Assembly: GCA_043723905.1 (NCBI GenBank)
Contig: JAYSNJ010000120.1
Coordinates: forward strand, 608 to 64,607
DNA length: 64,000 nucleotides
Direction of reading: 5' to 3'
Source: Holophagaceae bacterium
Lineage (GTDB): Bacteria > Acidobacteriota > Holophagae > Holophagales > Holophagaceae
Positions 8,955 through 18,591 of this stretch are shown here, piece after piece. Numbering within the stretch: position 1 is the stretch's first letter; every line of letters starts with the position of its first letter. The position numbers were made by a program, and so were the translations under genes. The notes under the pieces were generated by a model. It saw nothing but the letters and a program-made list of their open reading frames with translations, had not been told where the DNA came from and made no database searches.

Positions 8955-9674
8955 GTGTCCAGATCCTTTGCTTCCCTTCCTCCGAGTGTCGAACAGCGGC
9001 ATTCGGGCTGGATTCAGATCCAGGAACGCTTGTCCAAGCATGTGGAACCCAGGATCCGGCCCTCCCTCACCCTCTCCCGGCAGTTCGGGTGCGAGGGCTT
9101 CCCCCTGGCCGAACGCCTGAAGGTCCTCATGGAGGAGGGCTCCGGGGAACCCTGGAACATCTACGACAAGACCCTCATCGAGAAGGTGGCCCAGGACGAG
9201 GGCATCTCCATGGACTTCCTGAAGAAGCTGGGGGACCTCACGCGCCGCCTGGAATCCTTGGGCCTCAACGCCCCTGGTCACGTGACCCACGATGCCGCCT
9301 TCGAGAAGGTGGCCAAGTATCTCCTCGAGATCGCCAAGGTGGGCAACGCCATCATCGTCGGCCGAGGCGGGGCCATCCTCTGCCGCGAGCTGAAGAACAG
9401 CTTCCATTTCCGACTGGAGGCCAGCTTCGAGTGGCGGGTGCACTCCCTCATGAAGCGCCTGGAGCTCCCCCAGAAGGAGGTGGAGGAGACCGTCAAGGCC
9501 AACTCCAGGCTCCGGGACAAGTTCATCAGCCAATGCCTGGGCGCCAACGTGGGAGATCTTCAGCACTATGACGCGGTGTTCAACAACGAGCGGCATGGCG
9601 TGGGGGCCATGGCCCAGGCCATCACGGCCTACGTGAAGCAGGCCTGGGAGGACAAGACCTACTTCAAGCACTAG
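8955..9674 (+). CDS. cytidylate kinase-like family protein
   Basis: 239-aa ORF with GTG start. TLSRQFGCEG resembles the ISRQFGSGG P-loop-like motif of the Cytidylate_kin2 family. Start uncertain. Confidence 0.6.
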   Translation: MSRSFASLPPSVEQRHSGWIQIQERLSKHVEPRIRPSLTLSRQFGCEGFPLAERLKVLMEEGSGEPWNIYDKTLIEKVAQDEGISMDFLKKLGDLTRRLESLGLNAPGHVTHDAAFEKVAKYLLEIAKVGNAIIVGRGGAILCRELKNSFHFRLEASFEWRVHSLMKRLELPQKEVEETVKANSRLRDKFISQCLGANVGDLQHYDAVFNNERHGVGAMAQAITAYVKQAWEDKTYFKH

Positions 9675-9697
9675 GGAGTATTCGAAGTCTTGGGGAC

Positions 9698-11389
9698 TTA
9701 CCGGATGAACTGCTCCGCGTAGTATTTCGGCGTGAGTTCCTCGCCCGTGGCGCGCTGGATCATCTCGTTCCAGGGGTAGCGCATGCCGGGCTTGAATACC
9801 CGCTCGACGAGGTAGGCGCCCACCTCCTTGTGGCCCGCAAGGCTCACGTGCCGAGGATCCTGGGCCTTCAGGACCTGGGTCCCCAGGTGGTGATAGAGCT
9901 GGGAGGCCAGGAGCTGCCCCAGCAGGTAGTTGTGGTAGTAGGCCGGGTAGAGGGCCACGTGGATCTTGCTGGCCCAATCGGCTTCAAGGCGCCCTTCCGG
10001 GCGGCGCACCAGCTGGTAGCGTTCCACCAGATCCCACCACAGCCTGTTCAGGTCCTGATCCGGGTTCTCATACATGGCCTTCTCGAAGCGGAACATGACC
10101 TGGGACCAGCGGCTGAAGACCAGCTGGTCCAGGCGCAGGGAATCGGCCAGGGGCTTCTCGATCCGGGCCTTCTCCTGGGCGCTGAGTCCCAGCACTTCGC
10201 GCAGCCAGGCCGGATTGGAGGCGAAGCGGCCGAACAGGTTGGCGATGGCCTCCGTGGTGAAGGCATGGGCCGAATCCCTCAGCAGCCAGGGCAGCTGGGG
10301 GTCGTTGAACTTGGAATACGCGCTGTGCCCGCATTCGTGGAGGAGCGTGTCCATCCAGGTGGCATTGGATTTGAGGCTGCACAGAACGCGCACATCGCCG
10401 CTGTGGTCGATGTCGCTGGAGAAGGCGTGCTGGTACTTGCCCGGCTTCTCGTACAGATCACTGCGGCCCAGGACATCCGAGACAGGCAGGCCCAGCCCGG
10501 CATAGTATTTTTCGGCCAGCTGGACCAGGTCCTTGTCCCTGTAGTAGACGTCCAGATCCACCGCGTAGATCTTGGGCGCCCCCTGGAAGAAGCGGTCCTG
10601 GTAGTGCCAGGGGCGCAGATCGGCCCTGGCGATGCCCAGGCGCGTGGCCAGGAAGGTGTCCACCTCGCCCTTCACCTGGGCGTAGTCCTTGCGCGTGAGC
10701 TCGTCCAGCTGGTCGAAGAGCTTCTCGATCTGCACGGGATCCTGTTCTCCGAGAGCCAGCTGCATCACCTGGAAGTTGGCATAGCCCAGGGACCGGGCCG
10801 CCTTGTTGCGCAGCTTCACCAGTTCCACGATGGCCGGAGCCACCTTCTGGCCGATCACCTTGCTGGCCGTCCAGGCCTTCTCCAGCTGGGCCGAATCCCT
10901 GGAGCCGCTGAGCACGGCGTTGAGTTCATTGTCGCTGACCGGCTTGCCGTCCAGGGTGGCCCGGAAGGTGTTGAAGGTCTTCTCCAGGGCCGTGCCCCTG
11001 GCCACGAGCTCGCCCAGCAAGTCCTTGGGCAGCTGGTTGCCCAGGAAGGCGAGATAGAGCAGCTCCAGCTCACGCTTGAGGATGGGGTCCTGGAGGGTCC
11101 CGCTGGCCCGCCAGGCCTTGAGCCTGGCGAATGCGCCGGGGTCCGAGTAGAGGGTCTTCAGGGCCAGCTGCAGCTCCTCCGAGCGCGCGTAGTCCGCGGC
11201 CTTGCCGCTGATGTTGGCCTGGTAGCTGGCCGCGTTGGCCTCCCGGGTCAGGGGCACGAGCTTGGCCTCGAAGGCCTTCAGGAAGCCGCTGAATTCGACT
11301 TGGGCAGGCGGGGGAGCCTGGACACTTGCCGCGGCGCAGGGGAGTTGCGTGCAGGAAACCAACAGCAGCAGGGAGAGAGCTGGACGCAT
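9698..11389 (-). CDS. secreted zinc metallopeptidase, M2 (ACE-like) or related gluzincin family
   Basis: Signal peptide MRPALSLLLLVSCTQLPCAAA with AAGGAGG RBS. HEXXH motif LLHECGHSAY. The region KYYAGLGLP...VLCSLKSN resembles the ACE layout. Family call is tentative. Confidence 0.55.
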   Translation of the reverse strand: MRPALSLLLLVSCTQLPCAAASVQAPPPAQVEFSGFLKAFEAKLVPLTREANAASYQANISGKAADYARSEELQLALKTLYSDPGAFARLKAWRASGTLQDPILKRELELLYLAFLGNQLPKDLLGELVARGTALEKTFNTFRATLDGKPVSDNELNAVLSGSRDSAQLEKAWTASKVIGQKVAPAIVELVKLRNKAARSLGYANFQVMQLALGEQDPVQIEKLFDQLDELTRKDYAQVKGEVDTFLATRLGIARADLRPWHYQDRFFQGAPKIYAVDLDVYYRDKDLVQLAEKYYAGLGLPVSDVLGRSDLYEKPGKYQHAFSSDIDHSGDVRVLCSLKSNATWMDTLLHECGHSAYSKFNDPQLPWLLRDSAHAFTTEAIANLFGRFASNPAWLREVLGLSAQEKARIEKPLADSLRLDQLVFSRWSQVMFRFEKAMYENPDQDLNRLWWDLVERYQLVRRPEGRLEADWASKIHVALYPAYYHNYLLGQLLASQLYHHLGTQVLKAQDPRHVSLAGHKEVGAYLVERVFKPGMRYPWNEMIQRATGEELTPKYYAEQFIR

Positions 11390-11450
11390 GGGACCTCCTT
11401 GAGGGAAAGCACAGAGTCTGGACCTGCGCGACGGGGACCGGCCCTTGGGA

Positions 11451-12155
11451 TCAGTAAGGCAGTTCCAGCGCGCGGGAGAGGAAACGCATCAGGGGGGCAT
11501 TCAGACGGCAGGCTTCAGTGAAGCGTCCCAGGAAACCCGGCGCGCAGACCTGGGTCTCGGTGAATGGCGTGGAGGTGTAGAAGTCCTTCAGCTTCAGATC
11601 CTCGGCGAGGGGATGGGCAGGGTCGAAGCCTGAGGGCACGCGCTTGAGGGCTTCGCCGGAGACCTCCAGACCGCTCGCGCGGAGGGCCTTCCACTCCCTG
11701 GCGTGGCTGACGATGCGCGCTCGCACCTTGCGGAGGGATTCCGGATCCGGATGCCAGAGGCCCGCGCTCATGAAGCATCCCCCGGGCTCCAGGTGCAGGT
11801 AGAAGCCCGGCGAGTGGACGTCCTTGGAGCATTCCTGGTGCCTGAACTGGGCGCCCACATTGGTCTTGTACGGGCTCTTGTCCCTGGAGAAGCGGGTGTC
11901 CCGGAAGATGCGGAACATGGAACCCCCTGAGGGCCGAGGATCGGCGAGATAGTGGGGGCTCAGGCTTCTCAGGGGTTCCGCGAAGGCCAGGATGAAGGCC
12001 TGCATGGGCCCCCGGACATCGGCCTCGAAGCGCTCCCGGTGGGCCTGGAACCACTCCCTGTCGTTATGGACCGCCAGTTCCGAGAGGAAACGGAAGAGCG
12101 TCGGCGGGAAGCAGGCGCCCGAGCTCGGCGCGTCCTCAGCGTTGCGTGGGGCCAT
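11451..12155 (-). CDS. DUF2461 (TIGR02453) family protein
   Basis: FLSELAVHNDREWFQAHRERFE and FRIFRDTRFSRDKSPYKTNVGAQF are characteristic of this family. GGAGGTGAGGG RBS. Confidence 0.75.
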   Translation of the reverse strand: MAPRNAEDAPSSGACFPPTLFRFLSELAVHNDREWFQAHRERFEADVRGPMQAFILAFAEPLRSLSPHYLADPRPSGGSMFRIFRDTRFSRDKSPYKTNVGAQFRHQECSKDVHSPGFYLHLEPGGCFMSAGLWHPDPESLRKVRARIVSHAREWKALRASGLEVSGEALKRVPSGFDPAHPLAEDLKLKDFYTSTPFTETQVCAPGFLGRFTEACRLNAPLMRFLSRALELPY

Positions 12156-12315
12156 CCCTCACCTCCCCGTCCAGCTTCGACGAGAGCCCGGCCGGAGGCA
12201 AGCGATTCACAGGGACCCAGTCCCGCTGAGCCTCCAGCCTCCAGCCGTGTTCCCTCTCCCGCCCCAGGCAAATGAGAGCAGAATCTGCCAGAGACACCAG
12301 CAAGGCGGAGGTTCC

Positions 12316-13353
12316 ATGGCCAGCAGCGGAATTGGACGACGGGAACTCTTCCAGTGGGGGGCCGCTGCGGCCGCGGGCCTCCTGGCCTCCAGACTGGAGG
12401 GGGCCGAGGCTCCATCTCCCGGTTCCCGGGCCCCCCTGCCCCAGAACCCCCGCACCGCCCAGGCCATGCCCACCCGCAACCTGGGGCGCACCGGCCATCT
12501 GGTGGGGATCTTCAGCCTGGGGGGGCAGGCCAGCATCGAGAAGCCCGACAACGAGGCCATCGCCGTGCCCCTCCTCGATCGGGCCCTGGATCTGGGCGTG
12601 AACTACCTCGACACCTCCGCCCGGTACGGCGGCGAGGGGCGCTGGAGCGAGCGCTACGTCGGCCAGGTGATGAAGCGGCGGCGCGGCGAGGTCTTCCTGG
12701 CCTCCAAGACCCACGACCGCACCCGGGACGGGTCCCTGCGCCACCTGGACATCTCCCTCCGGCTGCTGGAGACCGATCACCTCGACCTCTGGCAGCTGCA
12801 CAACATGCAGACGATGGAGGACGTGGAGAAGGTCTGCGCCAAAGGGGGCGCCCTGGAGGCCTTCCTGAAGGCCCGGGACCAGGGCCTGGTCCGCTACCTG
12901 GGTATCACCGGCCACGCCGATCCCGACGTGCTCATGGAGGGCATCCGGCGCTTTCCCTTCGACACCGTGCTCATGGCCTTCAACGCCGCGGACCCACAGC
13001 ACCTCAGCTTCCGCAAGCTGCTCTCCTATGCCGTGGGAAAGGAGATGGGCATCATCGGGATGAAGGTGCCCGCCCGCTCCCGGCTGCTGAACACCTTCCA
13101 CCCGCCGCCCGTCTCAGAGCAGACCGCCCCCCTCAAGCTCGTGCCCGGCACCCTGAGCATGCAGGAGGCCATGCGCTACGTGCTGAGCTTCCCCTTCTCC
13201 ACCGTGATCATCGGCTGCGACACCATCGCCCAGCTCCAGGAGAATGTCGCCATCGCCCGGGCCTTCCGCCCCTTCAATGAGACCCAGCTCGCCGATATCG
13301 AGGCCAGGGCCAAGCCCGTGGCGGAGCAGAGCCTCACCTTCAGGAGGAAGTGA
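12316..13353 (+). CDS. aldo/keto reductase with twin-arginine (Tat) signal
   Basis: Start chosen at MASSGIGRRELFQWGAAAAAGLLA (RR motif, GGAGG RBS). AKR-like core: LDLGVNYLDTSARYG, LDLWQLH, YLGITGH. Confidence 0.8.
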   Translation: MASSGIGRRELFQWGAAAAAGLLASRLEGAEAPSPGSRAPLPQNPRTAQAMPTRNLGRTGHLVGIFSLGGQASIEKPDNEAIAVPLLDRALDLGVNYLDTSARYGGEGRWSERYVGQVMKRRRGEVFLASKTHDRTRDGSLRHLDISLRLLETDHLDLWQLHNMQTMEDVEKVCAKGGALEAFLKARDQGLVRYLGITGHADPDVLMEGIRRFPFDTVLMAFNAADPQHLSFRKLLSYAVGKEMGIIGMKVPARSRLLNTFHPPPVSEQTAPLKLVPGTLSMQEAMRYVLSFPFSTVIIGCDTIAQLQENVAIARAFRPFNETQLADIEARAKPVAEQSLTFRRK

Positions 13354-13449
13354 ATCCAGGGATCCGAAGGCAGCGCCCCTGCCCGTTCGTCACCCTGGCG
13401 CGCCTGCATGCGGGCTGATCCATGTCGTCTCCCTGAAACGGGATCTGGC

Positions 13450-13701
13450 TCAGGCCAGCATCCGCCGTGCGCCCGCCTCGTCCAGGGCCAGGGCGAGAAT
13501 TCTGGCGTCCAGGATGCAGCCTTTCGACGTGTTGAAGAAATCCTGGCCTCCCATGGCGTCCAGCTCCCCCTCGATGAGGTCCCCCACCTCGATGGGCTCG
13601 GCCTCCAGCAGTTCGATCACCGCGAAGCCCTCCGCAAAGCGAACGGCGAAGCGCCCCAGGGCGGGAGCGGCGAAGGCGACCTGGCCAGTCATTCGGGGCA
13701 T
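13450..13701 (-). CDS. small hypothetical protein (83 aa)
   Basis: ATG-initiated ORF in an otherwise unassigned gap with coding-like codon bias. No family recognised. Confidence 0.4.
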   Translation of the reverse strand: MPRMTGQVAFAAPALGRFAVRFAEGFAVIELLEAEPIEVGDLIEGELDAMGGQDFFNTSKGCILDARILALALDEAGARRMLA

Positions 13702-13789
13702 GCATCACCTGGATATGTGGCGCCAGCATACATCCCGCGGAACCGCCTGGGGGAAAATCAGGGAGTCGATGGGTGTGACGTCATCCTTC

Positions 13790-14992
13790 TTAGAATGGAA
13801 GACCGAGGGGCTGGAAACCTTCCACCGGCAACCTCCGCCCGTTCCTGGGATCCCTCAATGTCCGCTTGAGGACGAAATCGAAGAGCAGGGGGTTCCGCTT
13901 CCAGATCTCGTTGAGGGCCCTGCGCTCGGCCAGGGTGATCATGCCCATCTGGACGAGCTTGCGGGTCCAGATCACGAGATTCACGCCGGGCAGGGGATAA
14001 TCACTGCCGTTCACGAGACGGCCCTCGAAATCCGGGCGGGCCAGGATGACCCGGAGCGGGCCGGGCAGGCGGTTCACCTGGGTCAGGGCGGAGAGATCGC
14101 CGAGGAGCAGCCCGCGGTATTTCGCCGTCTCCATGAGCCGCAGGAACAGCTCGAAGTTGGGGGCCGTCCTGCCGGCATGGTCCAGGTCCTCGTTGCGGCC
14201 CAGGCTGGCGCAGTGGGCCACGATGACCGTGACGCCCAGATCCAGGGGGCGGCGCAGGCGCAGGGGATTGCCCAGGGACTGGGCCCCCTTCACCGCCACT
14301 GCCTTCTCTTCGCCGGCATGGGTGAGCAGGACCATGCCGAGCTCCTTCATGCGCCGGTAGAAGGGATCGAAGCGGGGATCGGCGGGGTCGATGGCCTGGG
14401 CGTTGGGCAGCCACTTGACCATCCGCGCGCCCTGGGCGGCGCAGGCCTCCAGTTCCCGGATCGCGTCGGGCCGGGCCGGATGCACGGAGACCACCGGCAC
14501 AAAGAGCTCCGGATGCTCCCGGGCCAGCTTCAGCACGTAGGCATTGGGGACGTAGAATTCTGTGCGAGCCGTGTCAGGCGTACCATCGGCGTGATAGGCC
14601 CGGTCCAGAGCCAGCAGGCCGATGCGGAGGGGGCGGGGGAAGGCCCGGGCCCGGGCCACCAGCATCTCCACGTAGTCCCGGTCGAAGTGAGCCATCTCCT
14701 TCACACCCGTGGCCTTCAGATACAGGCCAGTCTCGAAGCGCTTCATGGGATAGCGGGGGCTCAGCTTCCTGGGATTCACGAAGGCGCCATTTCCATCCTG
14801 TCCCAGTCCGAGAGCATGGACATGGATATCGAGTACCGGCCTGGAGGGATCCAGATCCCCGAAGGCCCGGTCGATGAGGGCCTGCGCTGACGCGCTGTAG
14901 GGCCGGGTCGCCAAGGGCTCGGCCTTCCCCTGCAACGCGGCGGGCAGCAGGGCCAGGATGAGGGTGAGGGCGCGAAGGGAAAGGGTGAGCAT
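13790..14992 (-). CDS. secreted amidohydrolase-family protein
   Basis: Start chosen at MLTLSLRALTLILALLPAALQG (signal peptide). DIHVHALG HxH metal motif. The remaining 5' part of the 910-aa ORF is antisense to the aas-like gene and was discarded. Confidence 0.7.
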   Translation of the reverse strand: MLTLSLRALTLILALLPAALQGKAEPLATRPYSASAQALIDRAFGDLDPSRPVLDIHVHALGLGQDGNGAFVNPRKLSPRYPMKRFETGLYLKATGVKEMAHFDRDYVEMLVARARAFPRPLRIGLLALDRAYHADGTPDTARTEFYVPNAYVLKLAREHPELFVPVVSVHPARPDAIRELEACAAQGARMVKWLPNAQAIDPADPRFDPFYRRMKELGMVLLTHAGEEKAVAVKGAQSLGNPLRLRRPLDLGVTVIVAHCASLGRNEDLDHAGRTAPNFELFLRLMETAKYRGLLLGDLSALTQVNRLPGPLRVILARPDFEGRLVNGSDYPLPGVNLVIWTRKLVQMGMITLAERRALNEIWKRNPLLFDFVLKRTLRDPRNGRRLPVEGFQPLGLPF

Positions 14993-15160
14993 CCGACTGT
15001 GATAGCAGGGAAGGAGAGGGAAACAAAGGAACCCTCCTGAGGGCTGCCATGCTCGAACGCTATACTCAGCCCTTCCTTGTGGAGATTTATCCGTGCAAGC
15101 AGAAACCCAGCCCATCGCCCAAACCCATGGCAGGACCCCCGATTCCCGCCCGGTGGCGGC

Positions 15161-17773
15161 ATGAAGGGCGGGTTCCTCGCCTCCTGCGGACGCGCCCTCC
15201 TGGGGCTTCGCTATCGGGTCCGGATCGAGGGTCTCGAGGCCATTCTGGCCAAGGGCAGGACCGGTCTCCTGCTGCTGCCCAACCATCCGGCCTACCTGGA
15301 TCCCGCGATCCTCCTCACCAATTTCTACCCCTTCCTGCAGCCCCACATCCTCGCGGACAAGGACAACATGGCCAAGCCCCTGGCCCGCTATCTGATCGGG
15401 CGTGTGGGCGTGAAGCCCATTCCCGATCCCGCGCTCCATGGCGAGGCTTCCCTGCCGGAAGTGGCAAGGGTGCTCCAGGAATGCAGCGAAGGCCTGCGCC
15501 AGGGCGAGAACTACATGCTCTATCCCGCCGGCCACATCTACCTCAGCCGCCTGGAGGATCTGGGGGGCAACAGCGCAGTGGAGACGATCCTCTCCAAGGC
15601 ACCCGAGACACGCGTGGTTCTGGTCCGCACCACGGGGCTCTGGGGCAGCAGTTTCTCCAAGGCCATCGACCGTCACCCGGACTGGGGGAAGTGCATCCTC
15701 CGGGGCTTCAAGTCCCTGCTCGCCAATTTCCTGTTCTTCGGCCCTCGCCGCGAGGTGCGCATCGAGCTGGTGGAGCCCGAGGATCTGCCCCGAGACCAGG
15801 GCCGCTCGGTCCTGAACCGTTACCTGGAAGCCTTCTACAACCAGGAGGCTCCGCCGGCCCGGTACGTGCCCTACACGCTCTGGGAACGAGGCGGCGTGCG
15901 GGAGCTGCCCGAGCCCGAGCTCCAGAGGATCGAAGGCAACCTCGGTGAAGTGCCGGCCTCCGTCCGGGAGCAGGTGCAGGGAAAACTCGCCGAACTGGAA
16001 GGCGGTTCGGCCTTCCCCGACACGGCCCTGCTGGCCCGGGATCTGGGCCTGGACAGCCTGGGACGCATGGAGCTGCAGCTCTGGATCGAGCACGAGTTCG
16101 GCCACCCCGTGCAAGATCCCGACATGCTCCAGACCGTGGGGGACTGCCTGCTGGCGGCCTGCGGGAAGGCCGCCGGCAGCACCCAGTCCGCCCTGAAGCC
16201 CCCCCCTGCGAGCTGGTTCCAGGAAGGGCTGCCCATGGAAGTGCCTTCCGGTGAAACGCTCACCGAAGTATTTCTCAAGCAGGTCGCCCGGGGTCCCCAT
16301 CGTCCAGCATTGGCCGATATGCAGGGGGGACAGAAGAGCTACCGGGATGTGCTCACCGCCATCTTCGCCCTGAAGCCCCATATCCAGGCCCTCAAGGGCG
16401 AGCGGGTAGGCATCATGCTGCCGGCTTCGGGGGCGGCCGCGGTGGCCTATCTGACGGTGCTCTTCGCGGGGAAGGTGCCCGTGATGGTCAACTGGACCGC
16501 CGGTTCCCGGAACCTGGTGCATGGCCTGGAAATGCTGGGTGTAGAACGGGTGCTCACCTCGGCCCAGCTCGTCTCCAAGGTGGAAGCCATGGGCTCGGAT
16601 CTCTCGGGGATCCGGGATCGTTTCTGGATGCTGGAGGATCTCGGGAAATCCCTGACTCGCTCCGAGAAGCTCGTCGCATTCCTAAGGGCAAGGCTCTCCT
16701 GGCGCGCCCTGCGCAAGGTGCGTGTGCCTGAGACCGCCGTGGTCATCTTCACCAGCGGCAGCGAGAACCTGCCCAAGGCCGTGCCCCTCACGCACCGGAA
16801 CCTGCTGGCCAATGTGCGCGACCTGGTGGAGCTCTTCCCCCTCGCCCCCACGGAGCGGATGATCGGCTTCCTGCCGCCCTTCCACTCCTTCGGCCTCACG
16901 GGCACCCTGCTCCTGCCCCTCTGCACCGGACTGCCCGTGGTCTACTTCCCCAATCCCACCGATGGCGGCGCCCTGGCGCGTCTGGTAGAGGCTTACGGGA
17001 TCACCATGCTGGTGGGCACACCCACCTTCCTCTCGGGCATCGTCCGCTCCGCCTCCGACGCCCAGCTGGCCTCCCTGCGAATGGTGGTGGCCGGGGCCGA
17101 GAAATGCCCGGAAGCCCTTTACGAGGTGCTGGGTCGCCGCTGGCCCCACATGCGCGTGCTGGAGGGCTACGGCATCACCGAGTGCTCCCCCGTGCTCTCA
17201 GTCAATGCCTTCGAGGATCCCCACCGCGGCACCATCGGCAGGCCCCTGCCCAGCGTGGAGCATGTCCTGCTCGACCTGGAGACGGAGCTGCCGGTGGAAC
17301 CCGGCAGGGCCGGCATGCTCCTGGTGCGCGGCCCCAGCATCTTCGGCGGCTACCTCCATCACCAGGGCGAATCCCCCTTCGTGGAATACGGCGGGAAGAC
17401 CTGGTACCGCACCGGTGATCTGGTGCGTGAGGACGCCAACGGAACACTGGTCTTCACGGGCCGACTGAAGCGCTTCGTGAAGCTGGGTGGGGAAATGGTC
17501 TCCCTGCCCGCCATCGAGGAGACCCTGCTGCGCCACTTCACACGCGACGACGATCAGGAAATCCCCCTGGCGGTGGAAGCCACCCCTTCGGAGAGCCAGC
17601 CCGAAGTCGTGCTCTTCGGCATCCGGGCCATTTCCCGGGAGGAGGCCAATGCCGTGCTGGGCCAGGCGGGCCTGAGCCCCCTGCACTTCATCCGGCAGGT
17701 CCGGCAGGTGGAGAAGATCCCCGTGCTGGGCACCGGGAAGACCGATTACCGAACGCTGAAGGCACTCCTGTGA
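15161..17773 (+). CDS. aas: bifunctional acyl-[ACP]--phospholipid O-acyltransferase / acyl-ACP synthetase (Aas-like) with an internal carrier-protein domain
   Basis: PlsC-type H(X)4D in LLPNHPAYLDP. Phosphopantetheine site DLGLDSLGRMELQ. AMP-binding motifs IFTSGSENLPKAV, EGYGITE and YRTGDL. Start chosen at MKGGFLA. Confidence 0.8.
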   Translation: MKGGFLASCGRALLGLRYRVRIEGLEAILAKGRTGLLLLPNHPAYLDPAILLTNFYPFLQPHILADKDNMAKPLARYLIGRVGVKPIPDPALHGEASLPEVARVLQECSEGLRQGENYMLYPAGHIYLSRLEDLGGNSAVETILSKAPETRVVLVRTTGLWGSSFSKAIDRHPDWGKCILRGFKSLLANFLFFGPRREVRIELVEPEDLPRDQGRSVLNRYLEAFYNQEAPPARYVPYTLWERGGVRELPEPELQRIEGNLGEVPASVREQVQGKLAELEGGSAFPDTALLARDLGLDSLGRMELQLWIEHEFGHPVQDPDMLQTVGDCLLAACGKAAGSTQSALKPPPASWFQEGLPMEVPSGETLTEVFLKQVARGPHRPALADMQGGQKSYRDVLTAIFALKPHIQALKGERVGIMLPASGAAAVAYLTVLFAGKVPVMVNWTAGSRNLVHGLEMLGVERVLTSAQLVSKVEAMGSDLSGIRDRFWMLEDLGKSLTRSEKLVAFLRARLSWRALRKVRVPETAVVIFTSGSENLPKAVPLTHRNLLANVRDLVELFPLAPTERMIGFLPPFHSFGLTGTLLLPLCTGLPVVYFPNPTDGGALARLVEAYGITMLVGTPTFLSGIVRSASDAQLASLRMVVAGAEKCPEALYEVLGRRWPHMRVLEGYGITECSPVLSVNAFEDPHRGTIGRPLPSVEHVLLDLETELPVEPGRAGMLLVRGPSIFGGYLHHQGESPFVEYGGKTWYRTGDLVREDANGTLVFTGRLKRFVKLGGEMVSLPAIEETLLRHFTRDDDQEIPLAVEATPSESQPEVVLFGIRAISREEANAVLGQAGLSPLHFIRQVRQVEKIPVLGTGKTDYRTLKALL

Positions 17774-18573
17774 GACTGCAGGTGGCACTCTCCCCGGCGC
17801 GAACGGAACGGTCTGCGGCGTTCATGGGTGGTCTAACAGCCACACTCCTCGTGGCCACGGCCCTCGCGCTCTCCGTGGGCTGCCTCTTCTTCGCCCCGAC
17901 ACCGACACCCATACGCACCGTCCGCGCCCAGGCGGTCCCGGGAGCCCGCACCCTGATCGTGTTTCTGCCTGGACGCGGCGGGGCGGCGGAGGATTATTTC
18001 CGCGAGGGCTTCGAAAAATTCGCCGCGGAGGCTGGAATCCAGGCCGACGCCATCGCGGTGGATGCCCATCTCGGCTACTACCGGAATCGCACCGCCGTGA
18101 CGCGGATCAAGGCCGACGTGATCGACCCGGCGCGAGCGGCCGGGTACAACCGCATCGTGCTGGTGGGAGTCTCCATGGGCGGGCTCGGCGCAATCCTGTA
18201 CGCCAAGCAGCAGCCCCAGGACATCGACGCGGTCGTGGTGATCGCCCCCTTCCTGAGCGATGCAGCGGTGCTCGATGAAATCGAGTCCGCCGGCGGTCTC
18301 GCCGCGTGGGTACCGAAGGAACCCATTCCCGAGGCAGACTACCAGCGCGATCTCTGGAAATGGCTGCGGGGCTATGCGGACCCGAAGCAGGCCCGTCCCC
18401 CGATCTACCTGGGCTTCGGGACCGAGGACCGCTTCGTGCGGGGCCATCGCCTGCTCGCCACGGTGCTCCCGAAGACGCAGGTGTTCTCGGCACCGGGGAC
18501 CCATGCCTGGGAACCCTGGCGGGAGGTCTTTCGCCAGATCCTGGCCACAGGAGTGGTTTCATCCCGGCGTTGA
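17770..18573 (+). CDS. alpha/beta hydrolase (possible lipoprotein)
   Basis: GTG start overlaps the aas stop (GTGA). VLVGVSMGGLGA nucleophile elbow. N-terminal hydrophobic segment ends in SVGC. Alternative ATG at 17824. Confidence 0.65.
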   Translation: MRLQVALSPARTERSAAFMGGLTATLLVATALALSVGCLFFAPTPTPIRTVRAQAVPGARTLIVFLPGRGGAAEDYFREGFEKFAAEAGIQADAIAVDAHLGYYRNRTAVTRIKADVIDPARAAGYNRIVLVGVSMGGLGAILYAKQQPQDIDAVVVIAPFLSDAAVLDEIESAGGLAAWVPKEPIPEADYQRDLWKWLRGYADPKQARPPIYLGFGTEDRFVRGHRLLATVLPKTQVFSAPGTHAWEPWREVFRQILATGVVSSRR

Positions 18574-18591
18574 AGAAAGACTTACTCGCCC

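Noticed and set aside
13790-16522. N-terminal extensions of track ORFs: 910 aa for the amidohydrolase, 993 aa for ORF 22361..25342, 538 aa for ORF 23120..24736, and 654 aa for ORF 4528..6492.
   Set aside because: The extensions overlap well-supported genes on the other strand or in another frame and look compositionally non-coding. Internal ATGs with RBS and signal peptide or conserved N-termini give normal-length proteins.
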